DNA of 64,000 nucleotides from an uncultured virus (IMG/VR IMGVR_UViG_3300033069_000905) (IMGVR_UViG_3300033069_000905:1-64000); one strand, 5' to 3'; counted from the first letter of the stretch, positions 34,361 to 43,959 are shown. A program made the numbers and translations. The notes: generated from the letters alone by a model not told the origin.

Positions 34361-34400
34361 TGGTAGGCCGGGAGGGAGTCGAACCCTCGGTGTTTCTAGT
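34361..34400 (-). pseudogene. 3' half of a split tRNA (Leu-like)
   Basis: GAGGG-TTCGACT-CCCTC-CCGGCCT-A-CCA; pairs with 35001-35034. Confidence 0.8.
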
Positions 34401-34403
34401 GTG

Positions 34404-34907
34404 TTACTGTACGTGCTGATACGACTTGTTGGCAAGAACATTATGTATTACGTGCCTACCAACACCAAAAATTCTACCCCACTCTGACGCCATACCGTAC
34501 TTTACTGGCAAAGAACGTAAGTGTCTCACTTGGTCATCCGTAAGCTTAGAAGCCGCTCTCCTAGCTGTTATACTATTAAAGCGTAGTAACTTAAGCTTCT
34601 CCAAGGCACCTTCCTTACCGTACTTCTTTACCATGCGATCCCACGGTGTAGGGTTACCGTCAGCTAACGCATCAAGACTGTTCTCTTTATACGTACCCCA
34701 ATACAGGTGCTTAGGGTTACTGCATTTACCGTTACTACAAGCGTGACAACAGCATACGCCCGTAGCTATATCGGTATCTAGCACGTAAGCCAGTATTGCC
34801 CTATGCTGCGTTGAACTACCACCCCTCTCAATACAAGGGGAAGCTAAATCTAGGTGTGCTTGCCTAGCTTCTTTTGGAAGCTTTATGTATTCAGACACAA
34901 GAATCAT
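34404..34907 (-). CDS. HNH (His-Cys box-like) endonuclease
   Basis: CCCHACSNGKCSNPKHLYWGTYKEN and C-terminal HTH. Confidence 0.85.
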   Translation of the reverse strand: MILVSEYIKLPKEARQAHLDLASPCIERGGSSTQHRAILAYVLDTDIATGVCCCHACSNGKCSNPKHLYWGTYKENSLDALADGNPTPWDRMVKKYGKEGALEKLKLLRFNSITARRAASKLTDDQVRHLRSLPVKYGMASEWGRIFGVGRHVIHNVLANKSYQHVQ

Positions 34908-34913
34908 AATGAG

Positions 34914-34989
34914 TGCCCCAAGTCAGAGTCGAACTGACAGAATCAAGGGATTTTAAATCCCCCCGCTTTACCAAATTGCGTATTGGGGC
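34914..34989 (-). tRNA. tRNA-Leu(UAA), short variable loop, no encoded CCA
   Basis: GGGGA-TTTAAAA-TCCCT arm, GCCCCAA/TTGGGGC acceptor, A73. Confidence 0.88.
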
Positions 34990-35000
34990 ATATTAACACA

Positions 35001-35034
35001 CCTAATGCGTTTCAACCAACTTCGCCACCGGCCC
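35001..35034 (-). pseudogene. 5' half of a split tRNA (Leu-like)
   Basis: GGGCCGG-TG-GCG-AAGTTGGTTGAAA-CGC-A, a Leu-type D-arm. Confidence 0.8.
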
Positions 35035-35040
35035 AAATGA

Positions 35041-35295
35041 TCACGCGGCTTGCAGTTTAAGCCTGTCGAAGTGGCGTGTCAAATAAAAAGATGAACCGTC
35101 AACCTTTGGAAAGGAAAACCCGCCACCGCGTTGCACTTGGTTCTTCGGATGAAGCAGCCAGCGTGTTCCGATCCGATTGATCGCATCAACCCGCTTGCTT
35201 TCCAGCGCGTCATCGGTGTAAGCCCGAATAATCACCGTCCCATCAGCAAGGACAGACGTTTTTGGCGTGTCCTCAATGCTATAAATATCAGTCAT
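35041..35295 (-). CDS. Hypothetical protein
   Basis: GGAG RBS and upstream TTGACA. Confidence 0.6.
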   Translation of the reverse strand: MTDIYSIEDTPKTSVLADGTVIIRAYTDDALESKRVDAINRIGTRWLLHPKNQVQRGGGFSFPKVDGSSFYLTRHFDRLKLQAA

Positions 35296-35342
35296 TTACC
35301 ACTCCGTTCGTAGAAAGAGCAGTAAGTATCCCACCTAGTCAG

Positions 35343-36230
35343 CTATTTGTCAAGAGGTATTATTGTCCCTGCGGGATATTTTCCTGTGAAACAGGATGTA
35401 GCTACGTTGCAGGATTTGAGTCGCTTGCAAAAAGAGTTGGGGCATATACCACTTGGAATCTCCCCTGTATCCTCAAACCGCTTGATCAGCTTTGCTTTGG
35501 AAACGTAATACTCTGTAGCTGCATCATCCCGCTTCACTATAAATTCTTTGAACGGCGTGAACTTTCCGTTGATGTCCTTTTTTCCGAAGGCTTTGGAGAC
35601 ATACAGGATACGCCCATGCGTCAAATCAATCTTGTCAACGTGAGAACTGTTACTGTGTTCAATCATCCGAAGGTAGAGGGATGTTCTAATACGGTGTTCA
35701 GCCTTTGGTGCAACCAACTCATTAAATTGATCCTTGTCTAATGACTTGATTTCAACAGCCACATGCTTAGGCAACCCCAAATCAACTACCAAGTCGATAC
35801 TGCCTGTCGCGTTGATTTCTTTCGACAGAAAGCTTAGTTCGACGTACTCCCATTTTTTTGACCCGCACTTGGCACAGGGGACTTTAGGCTCTTTGCTGAA
35901 ATAAACGCGATTTCCGCAGTGTGGGCATACCCAATCCCCCACAGCGATGTCCCTGAGCCACACGTCCCGCACAAGATCATGGTACGCATTGCCAATGCCG
36001 AAGGTAACGTTCAGCGCGACAGAAAAACTCTCGTCCCTGCGCTTGGTTTTCAGCAGACGAAGAAGAACGATTTCACGCGGACAAAACTCGGGATCATCCT
36101 TGGTAATATCTGACGCATGAATAACGTTTGGGGATCGTGCTGGCTTCCTAGTTTCCAAGTGCTTGTTTAAATAGCTGCACAGGGAAACCTCTTCTTTTTT
36201 CTCTTTCAGAGCGTTCGTGATGAAATCCAC
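35343..36230 (-). CDS. Cas4-like PD-(D/E)XK nuclease
   Basis: FCPR, GNAYHD, GSIDL..VEIKS, C-terminal cysteine cluster. Confidence 0.82.
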   Translation of the reverse strand: MDFITNALKEKKEEVSLCSYLNKHLETRKPARSPNVIHASDITKDDPEFCPREIVLLRLLKTKRRDESFSVALNVTFGIGNAYHDLVRDVWLRDIAVGDWVCPHCGNRVYFSKEPKVPCAKCGSKKWEYVELSFLSKEINATGSIDLVVDLGLPKHVAVEIKSLDKDQFNELVAPKAEHRIRTSLYLRMIEHSNSSHVDKIDLTHGRILYVSKAFGKKDINGKFTPFKEFIVKRDDAATEYYVSKAKLIKRFEDTGEIPSGICPNSFCKRLKSCNVATSCFTGKYPAGTIIPLDK

Positions 36231-36233
36231 GAA

Positions 36234-36716
36234 TTAGACCCACTTAGGCACGTCAACAAGAATCTTCCTTGGGGCAGGTTCTGGTTCTCCTGATTCAAAG
36301 CTAGAAAAAGACTCTACCCCCAAACGCTGTGTTTCTCCTGCGGCAACAGGTTCGGCAACGGGTGCTACGACAGGCGCGGCAAACGGGCCACACAAAGCAT
36401 AGGCCACATTCTTCACCAAAGCGTCTGGGTCGAAATCCATGTCTTTTCCGCACATCGTCGCCCCACGAACGGCGTACTTAGCCGCTGCAATTACCGCGTC
36501 ACGAAGGCTAACATGCAAGATGGGGTAAGGCGTGTCGGCACTGGTACCACGCGCATCATCCCACTCAGCGCATTGTGGGGCGTACAGCCAATGGTCTTTC
36601 GGTAATGGGAAAGAACCTGTGAAAAAACCACTACCGTCTGGTAGAACATTGAAGTCACCGTCTTTTGTTTCTACGGTAAAACTGCTAGTCATTTGAAAAT
36701 ACTCCGTCATTAACAA
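36234..36716 (-). CDS. Hypothetical phage protein
   Basis: SFPLPKDHWLY..YAVRGATMCGKDMDFDPDAL. Confidence 0.7.
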   Translation of the reverse strand: MLMTEYFQMTSSFTVETKDGDFNVLPDGSGFFTGSFPLPKDHWLYAPQCAEWDDARGTSADTPYPILHVSLRDAVIAAAKYAVRGATMCGKDMDFDPDALVKNVAYALCGPFAAPVVAPVAEPVAAGETQRLGVESFSSFESGEPEPAPRKILVDVPKWV

Positions 36717-36737
36717 TTAAACAAACATCACAACTTC

Positions 36738-36878
36738 CTATTGAATACTCGGGGAGATTCCGCAAACACACAGGGTATTCCAAAAAGTACGATGTGCTTT
36801 TACGTGTGAGAAAGTTAGCGCTTTAAGCCTCCCGAATACCTTACCGGAAATGTCATCGTAGCGTCGTTCTTTTGGCAT
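36738..36878 (-). pseudogene. Truncated N-terminus of an HNH/AP2-type endonuclease
   Basis: MPKERRYDDISGKVFGRL..FWNTLCVCG then a stop at 46 aa; AGGAG RBS. Confidence 0.55.
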
Positions 36879-36911
36879 GATTACTCCTGAAATAGTGATA
36901 CTCCCACAGGA

Positions 36912-37328
36912 CTAATCATTGGAGAAACTTCCATTGTTTATTAGTGCCGCGAAAAGAAACTCTGGAATAGCCACGAAAGAACCACCCTTTTTAGGTGTGC
37001 CGTCAGGGTTAACAAACCGTATGGATAATGCGGGTGTCTTTCCTATGCTCAAGGCTTCGTGGGATATTTTTTGCAGCCAATGCAGTTCAACCCGCATCGT
37101 TTGATCCGACGTACTCTTGGCTTCTAATAAAAAATCAGCCACACGTACATCACCCTTAGCCCCGTGCATAGAACCTGATGCGGGGGTTAATCTCCCCCCG
37201 AGAGACTTGGCTACCTTCTTCTCAGACACAACACCGTGACTTCCTTTAGTGCGGGAAGCCAGACGTTTTTCATACGGGGAGTCAGCCAACAGTACTCTCC
37301 GAAAAAATTTCCCCTGTTTCCTTGTCAA
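36912..37328 (-). CDS. Hjc-like Holliday junction resolvase
   Basis: EKKVAK..PASG..KGDV..LLEAKST. Confidence 0.8.
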   Translation of the reverse strand: MTRKQGKFFRRVLLADSPYEKRLASRTKGSHGVVSEKKVAKSLGGRLTPASGSMHGAKGDVRVADFLLEAKSTSDQTMRVELHWLQKISHEALSIGKTPALSIRFVNPDGTPKKGGSFVAIPEFLFAALINNGSFSND

Positions 37329-38400
37329 CCTTGAATGCGGATGGTTCAGGGTTTATCTCAAACACGCCAGAAGAGGCCGCTTCCTTCGTAATGATTGAAT
37401 TTATTAGAAGGCTATACGTCTTGTCCGTTTCATACCAGTGACGAAGTTCTTTCTGGGTCTTGGCTGTTCTACCGCACAGCGTCCACGCCTTATCCCCCTT
37501 GGGGTCTTGCGTCATCAAGCCCAAATCCTTGCACCGAACCGCCACAAAACCCCAAGACGGGCACATCCCAACACCAAGATTACCGTGGGGTATAAGCGTA
37601 AGGTCGTACTCGAAAGAGCGCGATGTAACTGGAACTTTGGCTTTTTGAATAGAACCCGTGACATGAAGAAAAGTGGGGTTAGTTGGGTTTACATCTTTGA
37701 CTATTTCAAGCTTGCCGTACAAACGTAAAGTCATTGATGATGCAAACTTCAGGGCGTTACCACCGGGGAACTTCAGCGGGTCACCAAACATTTTCCCAAT
37801 TTCATAACGGGACTGATTTATTAGAAAAAGTGCGGGGCGATGTTCCCTTCCTTTACCCAAAGCAACCACAGATTTACGAACCAGCTTACCAACAACGTAT
37901 GAATTCCCACCGACGTTCATCTTCTGTGCTGACGAGGCTATTTCATTGTCTGTCGTCATGGCGGCAATGGAATCAACAACCACAATACCCACGTCGCTGG
38001 CATACAGCATAGCCTCTACCATGTCCACGGCTTGCTCTGCGAAGTCTGGTTGTAGAACAATCAGGTCGCTCATGTTCACACCAAACAAAGCCATCCAAGA
38101 CGGGTCTAGCGTAGTTTCCATGTCAACGTAGACGGCACGCTGCCCTTCTCGCTGAACCTGCGCCATGAGAAGATAAGCAATAGCTGTTTTTCCTGACGCC
38201 TCACTTCCCCAAGCGATAGTGACACGACTACGAGGTATCCCACCATTCGTAGCCACGTCCAGCGGAAGGATTCCTGTGGGGATACGAAGGACTGAAAGGG
38301 CTTCATTACCCATGTGGGCTACACCATCCCCCATGTCCTTTTTGAACTTCTTCAGTACAGACAAGGACTCGCTAGAACCACTCGAAAAAGAAATGCTCAT
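37282..38400 (-). CDS. recA: RecA-like recombinase
   Basis: IPTG..LD, GSEASGKT, VVVDSIAA, FINQ, PGGNALKF. Confidence 0.93.
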   Translation of the reverse strand: MSISFSSGSSESLSVLKKFKKDMGDGVAHMGNEALSVLRIPTGILPLDVATNGGIPRSRVTIAWGSEASGKTAIAYLLMAQVQREGQRAVYVDMETTLDPSWMALFGVNMSDLIVLQPDFAEQAVDMVEAMLYASDVGIVVVDSIAAMTTDNEIASSAQKMNVGGNSYVVGKLVRKSVVALGKGREHRPALFLINQSRYEIGKMFGDPLKFPGGNALKFASSMTLRLYGKLEIVKDVNPTNPTFLHVTGSIQKAKVPVTSRSFEYDLTLIPHGNLGVGMCPSWGFVAVRCKDLGLMTQDPKGDKAWTLCGRTAKTQKELRHWYETDKTYSLLINSIITKEAASSGVFEINPEPSAFKVDKETGEIFSESTVG

Positions 38401-38753
38401 GATGCAATGCCTTTGACCTCTTTATAGATCGCTGTCATCTTGGTATCAACCCACCGACGAGCAAAGTCATAAACCTCGTCTATCTCACCGTATTCAGCGG
38501 GGATGTTGATCATGGCGCTAACCTGCATGGATTCGTAGTTACCCAAGTTGTAGGTCGCTTTTGCAGAAACGCCCACGTTGCACATGGGTTTTGCTACGAC
38601 GACTTCCTTTACAGGAAGCTGCTTAACAACCTCGGAACCATCGGCATGAATGATCGTAATTGTCCCCAAGACGGTATCAATAACGAGCGTGCCGTCACTT
38701 GGGGTTTTTATCTTGTCTGTTTTGTTTGTCATGGTTACTCCGTATACTCCCAA
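38397..38753 (-). CDS. Hypothetical protein
   Basis: TYNLGNYES motif, coupled to recA. Confidence 0.7.
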   Translation of the reverse strand: MGVYGVTMTNKTDKIKTPSDGTLVIDTVLGTITIIHADGSEVVKQLPVKEVVVAKPMCNVGVSAKATYNLGNYESMQVSAMINIPAEYGEIDEVYDFARRWVDTKMTAIYKEVKGIAS

Positions 38754-39214
38754 GCGTTAGCTACCTGCGCGATGTAGGGTGCCAAGAATCCAGCGCGGCC
38801 AATCTTCATGTACCGTGATTCCAAAGCCTTCTGAGCCAACGCGCTTAGTGCGACCGCATGCGCCCCCGTAAACCATGTATTTTTCTTAATCTTTGGTATC
38901 CAGCCTAAGCGACGATAGCGACTGTAGGTATCTTCTGGAATCCCTGCGGCTTGACACAGCCCTGATAAATTTAGTTTTCCGGGGGGTGGAACAGCACGTG
39001 TACTTACGAAATTAACACCGCCCTTCACTTTGCTTAGCCTGTACCTTCTGGCGTTATCTTTAGCTTTTTGCCGGTACTCAGGGTCGGACTCGTACTTCTT
39101 TTTTCTTTTGGCGTTAAGGTCGTCTTTGTTCTTTTCGTACCAATCAGTAAATTTGAATTTCTGATCTGCTGGCTTGGTCATCGCGCTATTCCATATAAAA
39201 TTAACATACGCCAC
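38735..39214 (-). CDS. Hypothetical protein with a MerR-like HTH
   Basis: LCQAAGIPEDTYSRYRRLGWIP. Confidence 0.6.
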   Translation of the reverse strand: MAYVNFIWNSAMTKPADQKFKFTDWYEKNKDDLNAKRKKKYESDPEYRQKAKDNARRYRLSKVKGGVNFVSTRAVPPPGKLNLSGLCQAAGIPEDTYSRYRRLGWIPKIKKNTWFTGAHAVALSALAQKALESRYMKIGRAGFLAPYIAQVANAWEYTE

Positions 39215-39238
39215 AGTATGTCAAGGTTTTCTTATTTG

Positions 39239-41512
39239 TCAAGTAATATCGACTATTGTGGCATTCAACTTTTTGTATTGGCGCACCCTTGACTGGAAAG
39301 AATCAAGTAGTTCCTGTGCGCAACTGTCTAAAATGTCCATGATCACAGGTTCTTTTTTTCCGGGGACTTTACGCAAGATTCTCCCCACCGTCTGACTCAC
39401 GTTACTTCTCGGGGAACAAAGAATAGCCGTGTCCAAAAATGGAACGTCCGTACCCTCACTCATGTAGCTGTACGTTGCCAACAGCACACGCATGCTGTGT
39501 GCAGTAGCGGCGTCTGTTTTTGAAATACCCCCCGTGTACCTCAGTATTTCTGTCTTGGGGATGCCCATGCTGATTAGAAGTTTTTTTATGACTTCAATGT
39601 GCGCCAAAGAGTCAAAAAACATCACAATCCTACGATCCTTCTTGTAGGCTTTGAGGCACAGGTCGGCTAGCAGATGGTTACGTTCGGGGTCTTTTGCCAT
39701 CTTAGACGAAACCACAGCAGGACGCCCTCGCTGTAGTGGCATAGGAATCATTTTGTACCCGCCGAAGTCGTCTCGCACGCGCCATAGCGGGAGTTTCCAG
39801 TTCGTCCTGATTACCAGAACGCGGGGGGCTAACTGTACATGATCAGACGATGAACCTACTTCCCCGATATGAGCACGGAATATAAAAGACTTCCCATCAG
39901 GACGAACAGGCGTAGCACTCAACCCTAGCCTGAGATAAGAATTGAATTTGAACATGGCCTGACTAAACGTTTCCGCCGACATTCTATGGCAGTTCCCTGA
40001 AATGGAAAGTGAGCCTTTATACCTAGTCAGCACATTACCTGAAGGGACAGTAACGCAGTGCACATCCCCCGAGTAAGGAACCATTGTTTTTGTGTACCCC
40101 TTCGGAGAAATCCAAGGTTTGTCTGCGAACCATCGTACTCGATACCGCTTCTCACGGCCAGAATAACCTGTCTTAATTATAGACGCGGCTCTACCGCATA
40201 ACTTTGCTATGATGACTATAGTGTTAGCCGTAGATTCCAAAAGGTGTTCAAAAAAACAACCCTCATCATTTGACCAACCATCCCAATGAGTCAATTCTTC
40301 TAAAAAATCAGCATTTAACGGACTTGATACGTAGGGATCAAACCAGTCAAAGTTTTTGGGAAGTAGGCTTGTATGCTTAAAGGTGATGCTGGTGTCGCCA
40401 CGGCAATTAACGCTAACACTGTGGTCTATGCCGCAACCAGAAAGTATGGATTTTAATCTACTTATTTTTCTCGGCCTCCTGAAAGAAAACCTATATGTGC
40501 GTATTCCGCTGTTCTTACTGGTGTAAAGGTGGTGTCCGTCAGCTTCAAAGGCAATTAGTAGCCTCTCCCAATCTGTAATCCTACGCCCATCATCTCCTGA
40601 TACATAACCAGCAATAGGCAGCTTTATCCTCGATTTCAAAAGTAAGTCGGCTACTGGAATCCTGCACACAGACCAACCATGAGCCTTTTCGCGTTTAATA
40701 GGCTGTTCATGGTTTGGTGTTGTTACTGTATGAAAACCGCGACCAGCAATAGCTATTAAGTTTCCAGAAAAAAGCTTTACAACTTTCCTCAGAATAGGCT
40801 CAAAACGCATGGTATCAGTATGGGCATCGAAAGACATGACTTGGGCATCTTCAGGCAAGTCAGCAATACTAATCCACCCTGAAGGGGTCAATAACTCATG
40901 GTCAGGATGAAAACACTCATCAGCCACGGTTAGCCCAAAAGCACTATAGATGCTGCTTGGGTAGTCACGCCCCGCTAGGGAATGCACCAGACCAATTACC
41001 ACTTTCTTACCGTCGACTTGGCAAACGTCCTGTTGAATAAACCCGATTTCTTCTTCTTTTATTTTGGTGTATTTAAGCAGGTTGTCCTTCCACTGCTGCA
41101 TCAAATCTTCTTTGGTAACAATGATCAGTGTGGTCAACCCCATGTCACAAATAAGGCGTGTTGCAATATAGCTCTTTCCTAGCCCCATCAAAGCGTTCAG
41201 TGTGTGTGATACGCCTTGTTTTAACAGGGCAAGACTGTCCCCATGAAGCTGCTTTTGAACCTCATAGGTGTCGGGCTTGAAATCGGTAGTGCAAGTAATT
41301 GCAATAGGCTTCCCCCGAGAACGCCTATCCTCTCCGAGTGGTGCCAACTCACGCGGAACCAGCAGGAAATCACCCATCTTCTTCGTCAAAAATATAGGGT
41401 CAGGCTCATACTTCGTCTTGACGATGAAATGCGTTTCCATGTCTTTTGAGTATGGATAAACGGCTGTTGCCGCTGTGTAAAGCGGCTTGGTTTTCAGTTT
41501 TAGATCAAGCAT
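39239..41512 (-). CDS. SF2 (UvsW-like) helicase containing an intein
   Basis: GLGKS, VADE-[intein]-CH, GLSATP, EGTDVP, QTVGRILR. Confidence 0.9.
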   Translation of the reverse strand: MLDLKLKTKPLYTAATAVYPYSKDMETHFIVKTKYEPDPIFLTKKMGDFLLVPRELAPLGEDRRSRGKPIAITCTTDFKPDTYEVQKQLHGDSLALLKQGVSHTLNALMGLGKSYIATRLICDMGLTTLIIVTKEDLMQQWKDNLLKYTKIKEEEIGFIQQDVCQVDGKKVVIGLVHSLAGRDYPSSIYSAFGLTVADECFHPDHELLTPSGWISIADLPEDAQVMSFDAHTDTMRFEPILRKVVKLFSGNLIAIAGRGFHTVTTPNHEQPIKREKAHGWSVCRIPVADLLLKSRIKLPIAGYVSGDDGRRITDWERLLIAFEADGHHLYTSKNSGIRTYRFSFRRPRKISRLKSILSGCGIDHSVSVNCRGDTSITFKHTSLLPKNFDWFDPYVSSPLNADFLEELTHWDGWSNDEGCFFEHLLESTANTIVIIAKLCGRAASIIKTGYSGREKRYRVRWFADKPWISPKGYTKTMVPYSGDVHCVTVPSGNVLTRYKGSLSISGNCHRMSAETFSQAMFKFNSYLRLGLSATPVRPDGKSFIFRAHIGEVGSSSDHVQLAPRVLVIRTNWKLPLWRVRDDFGGYKMIPMPLQRGRPAVVSSKMAKDPERNHLLADLCLKAYKKDRRIVMFFDSLAHIEVIKKLLISMGIPKTEILRYTGGISKTDAATAHSMRVLLATYSYMSEGTDVPFLDTAILCSPRSNVSQTVGRILRKVPGKKEPVIMDILDSCAQELLDSFQSRVRQYKKLNATIVDIT
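39992..40915 (-). mobile_element. Intein (308 aa) in helicase motif II
   Basis: Begins CFHPDHELLT, TPNH block B, ends VHCVTVPSG..SISGN before Cys; central FEADG/THWDG endonuclease-like motifs. Confidence 0.9.
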
Positions 41513-41748
41513 CAGGCCAAACCAGCTTTAACCTGTAGTGTGAAAGCCTTAAGTTCGTCATTCCACGCCCTCATCAACTCCACACAGGCGTCTTCACTCT
41601 GGTTAGCCGTCTTACATTGCAAAGCAAGAAAAGACTCCATACCAGCGTAGAACGCCCTACGCATTTCTATTCTTTGTATCTCAGGAGCGTCTTTTGGAAT
41701 GCAATCCGACTCGAACAAAACCCACTCCGCAGCTAGCGCGTTAAACAT
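41512..41748 (-). CDS. Hypothetical protein
   Basis: EMRRAFYAG motif; coupled to the helicase. Confidence 0.7.
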   Translation of the reverse strand: MFNALAAEWVLFESDCIPKDAPEIQRIEMRRAFYAGMESFLALQCKTANQSEDACVELMRAWNDELKAFTLQVKAGLA

Positions 41749-41812
41749 AACCCACTCCGTTAATGGAACAATCCAGCCGGGAGAACCCCGACCGGACGAT
41801 TAAAACTACTGC

Positions 41813-42538
41813 TTACAGGTTGTCTTCTAGCGCTGCCTTCTGCGCTGAAGTAACGTGCCCCACAGGTGCCGCTGACGCTAACGTGGGGATTTCCTTGCGG
41901 ATTTCTTCTGCTGAGAGGGGTGCACATTCCTTGGTGTAATCCAAAGGAACAAAGAAACAAATGGTCTTCTTCGTTTCAGGATCAACACGGGAATACTTCT
42001 TCTTGAGAACGTCTATTTCCTGCTTCTCAATGAAGTCAAACATGCTCCCCACACCGGGAGACTTGTCCCCTGAGCGAACCACGTCAAACGTGCATCCAGC
42101 CAAACCACCGCGCTTACCGCCCAAGATTTGCAACTGCTTCAGCGTCGTCGGCTTGGCAATAAACAACTTGGGCATGTCCACATAGACCACACCCTTCTTG
42201 GAAGTGTAGGGCGTGTGGTCAATAACCGTGAAAGCCCCCACCAAGGCGGGTGAATCATTGGCCCCGCAAATCGGGCAAGGTTCCATGTCCTTGATACACG
42301 TGTAGAAGTGCCCCCACGAGCCGTTCAACATCAGGTGATGCTCGTAGTACAGGAAATAATCCACCATACCATCTGCACCAAGTAAGCCGTCAACGAAGGT
42401 GATGCGACCTTCCATCCCTTCCTTCAAGCCAAAACGCCAAACCCTTCGCGTCTGCTCTGCCTTTGCTTTTTGTTCTTTTTCGTGTTTTTCTGCTTCGGCA
42501 TGTGCTGCTGCGCCTGTACGCGCCCATGTAATAGCCAT
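41813..42538 (-). CDS. Single-stranded DNA-binding protein (gp32-like)
   Basis: YEH..C..CPIC Zn site, acidic C-terminus, position in the replication block. Confidence 0.65.
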   Translation of the reverse strand: MAITWARTGAAAHAEAEKHEKEQKAKAEQTRRVWRFGLKEGMEGRITFVDGLLGADGMVDYFLYYEHHLMLNGSWGHFYTCIKDMEPCPICGANDSPALVGAFTVIDHTPYTSKKGVVYVDMPKLFIAKPTTLKQLQILGGKRGGLAGCTFDVVRSGDKSPGVGSMFDFIEKQEIDVLKKKYSRVDPETKKTICFFVPLDYTKECAPLSAEEIRKEIPTLASAAPVGHVTSAQKAALEDNL

Positions 42539-42620
42539 TTTGAGTCCTTTTGGGTATTTAGGTTAATTTACGGTTCTTGAATTCCGATTAAGGAACAGCA
42601 CCATATTGACAAGCCTGTAG

Positions 42621-43781
42621 TCAGGTGTCAAGCAGTAAATCATCCATTTCAACGTACTCGGACAAATAGTACTTTAGCATTTTTGGGTCTAGCGAATCGG
42701 GGTCTTTGGGGTCGCCTTCTTGATACTTCACGATGTCTATCTTAACGTCATGGTTGCTCTGATAATACTCAAAAGCGTCCTTAGACGACTTCAAACCCGC
42801 TGTGTCATTATCGGAAAACCAAACGATATAGGGGAACCGACGAAGGTGTTCTAATTTACGCTTTGTCGGAAAAGCTGTGAGTATTGCCGTCACATTGCGG
42901 TAAGCCTGATAAACACGTGCGCAATCGAACTGACCTTCGACAACTACCACAGCCTTGTCCACGTTCAGCTTACTTTCCCTGAACCATGTCGTATGCGTAT
43001 TGTTCACCGAGTTGTACAAGTAGTCATGATGCTTTTTTTCACTGGAAGGGTCAATGATCCGTGCACGCATCCCCGCCAGCTTCTTATGCATTTCATCGTA
43101 GTAAGGAAAACCCACGGCTTTCCTTGCATGATCAAACCGAAGGTCAAAATCAACAATCACCTTGTCAGGAACATTGCGCCCCTTGAGGTAGGCCATAGCC
43201 TCTGGACACGCCAACGCGCTAGGGAAGCCCTTCAACCAGAAGTCAGGAAACTCTACGAAACCCTTTACCTTATCGTCTTCAGGGTATTCGTCGGCGTCAT
43301 AAACGAAAATGTCTTCTTCGTCCATGTACTCAAGCGCCGTAGCAATGTGGGGGCTTGGTATCCCGTCTTTTTTGTTGAGCGCGTAGAGTTCTAACAGGAC
43401 GTTGGTTACGGCACCAGACGCACCGCAAGAAAAGCAGTGGTAGTTGCTGGTACCGCCAGAAGACAGGCTAATCCCCGCCGAAGCCGATGAGTCTTTTCCA
43501 GACGCATGCGTGTGGTGCGCAAAAATGCAAGAGAACATCACCCACTCATCGTGGTCGCTGATGTTCTTTGCTTTCAGGGACTTGAGTAACTGCTTTACTT
43601 TGCCACGATTCAAGGGTGACCTAGTGTAGTGTATTGTTCGATTGAAACACGGGCATACCTTGATAGTCGTCCATATACCCCGCGTAGTACGAGGATTCAA
43701 TTTCAGCCAGATGACGAGTGCACTCAGACACGTTATCCGCAGAGCACAGGGACGAAACCGCCCCGAAAAAAGTAGAAACAT
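42621..43781 (-). CDS. DNA primase (real start probably near 43613)
   Basis: CHC2 Zn finger YHCFSCG; Toprim VVEGQFD, FSDND and KDPD. Confidence 0.9.
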   Translation of the reverse strand: MFLLFSGRFRPCALRITCLSALVIWLKLNPRTTRGIWTTIKVCPCFNRTIHYTRSPLNRGKVKQLLKSLKAKNISDHDEWVMFSCIFAHHTHASGKDSSASAGISLSSGGTSNYHCFSCGASGAVTNVLLELYALNKKDGIPSPHIATALEYMDEEDIFVYDADEYPEDDKVKGFVEFPDFWLKGFPSALACPEAMAYLKGRNVPDKVIVDFDLRFDHARKAVGFPYYDEMHKKLAGMRARIIDPSSEKKHHDYLYNSVNNTHTTWFRESKLNVDKAVVVVEGQFDCARVYQAYRNVTAILTAFPTKRKLEHLRRFPYIVWFSDNDTAGLKSSKDAFEYYQSNHDVKIDIVKYQEGDPKDPDSLDPKMLKYYLSEYVEMDDLLLDT

Positions 43782-43959
43782 GCTCCTGCGGCAAGCACAA
43801 ATCTATAGAGGCATGCAACACCGCAAACGAGGTAACTGCCGCGTAGTAGGTGTCTTCTTCGACAGAACGAACAAGTTCATCCACCAGTTTCTTGGGGTTA
43901 TGCAAAAGCATATCCGTACAGGTGAAGACCAGTTCATCGAAATCAGAAGCTTGTATCAT
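43621..43959 (-). CDS. Hypothetical protein
   Basis: Acidic ORF upstream of the primase. Confidence 0.55.
   Translation of the reverse strand: MIQASDFDELVFTCTDMLLHNPKKLVDELVRSVEEDTYYAAVTSFAVLHASIDLCLPQEHVSTFFGAVSSLCSADNVSECTRHLAEIESSYYAGYMDDYQGMPVFQSNNTLH

Noticed and set aside
97..34989. Suppressor tRNAs or an alternative genetic code
   Set aside because: No CUA, UUA or UCA anticodon was found, and long genes translate intact with the standard code.
34396..35003. IS-like element with 8-bp inverted repeats and a CTA target duplication
   Set aside because: There is no transposase, and precise removal would leave a tRNA with no anticodon arm.
35343..36230. CRISPR-Cas locus
   Set aside because: The Cas4-like gene is solitary in a recombination block; no repeat-spacer array or other cas genes are visible.
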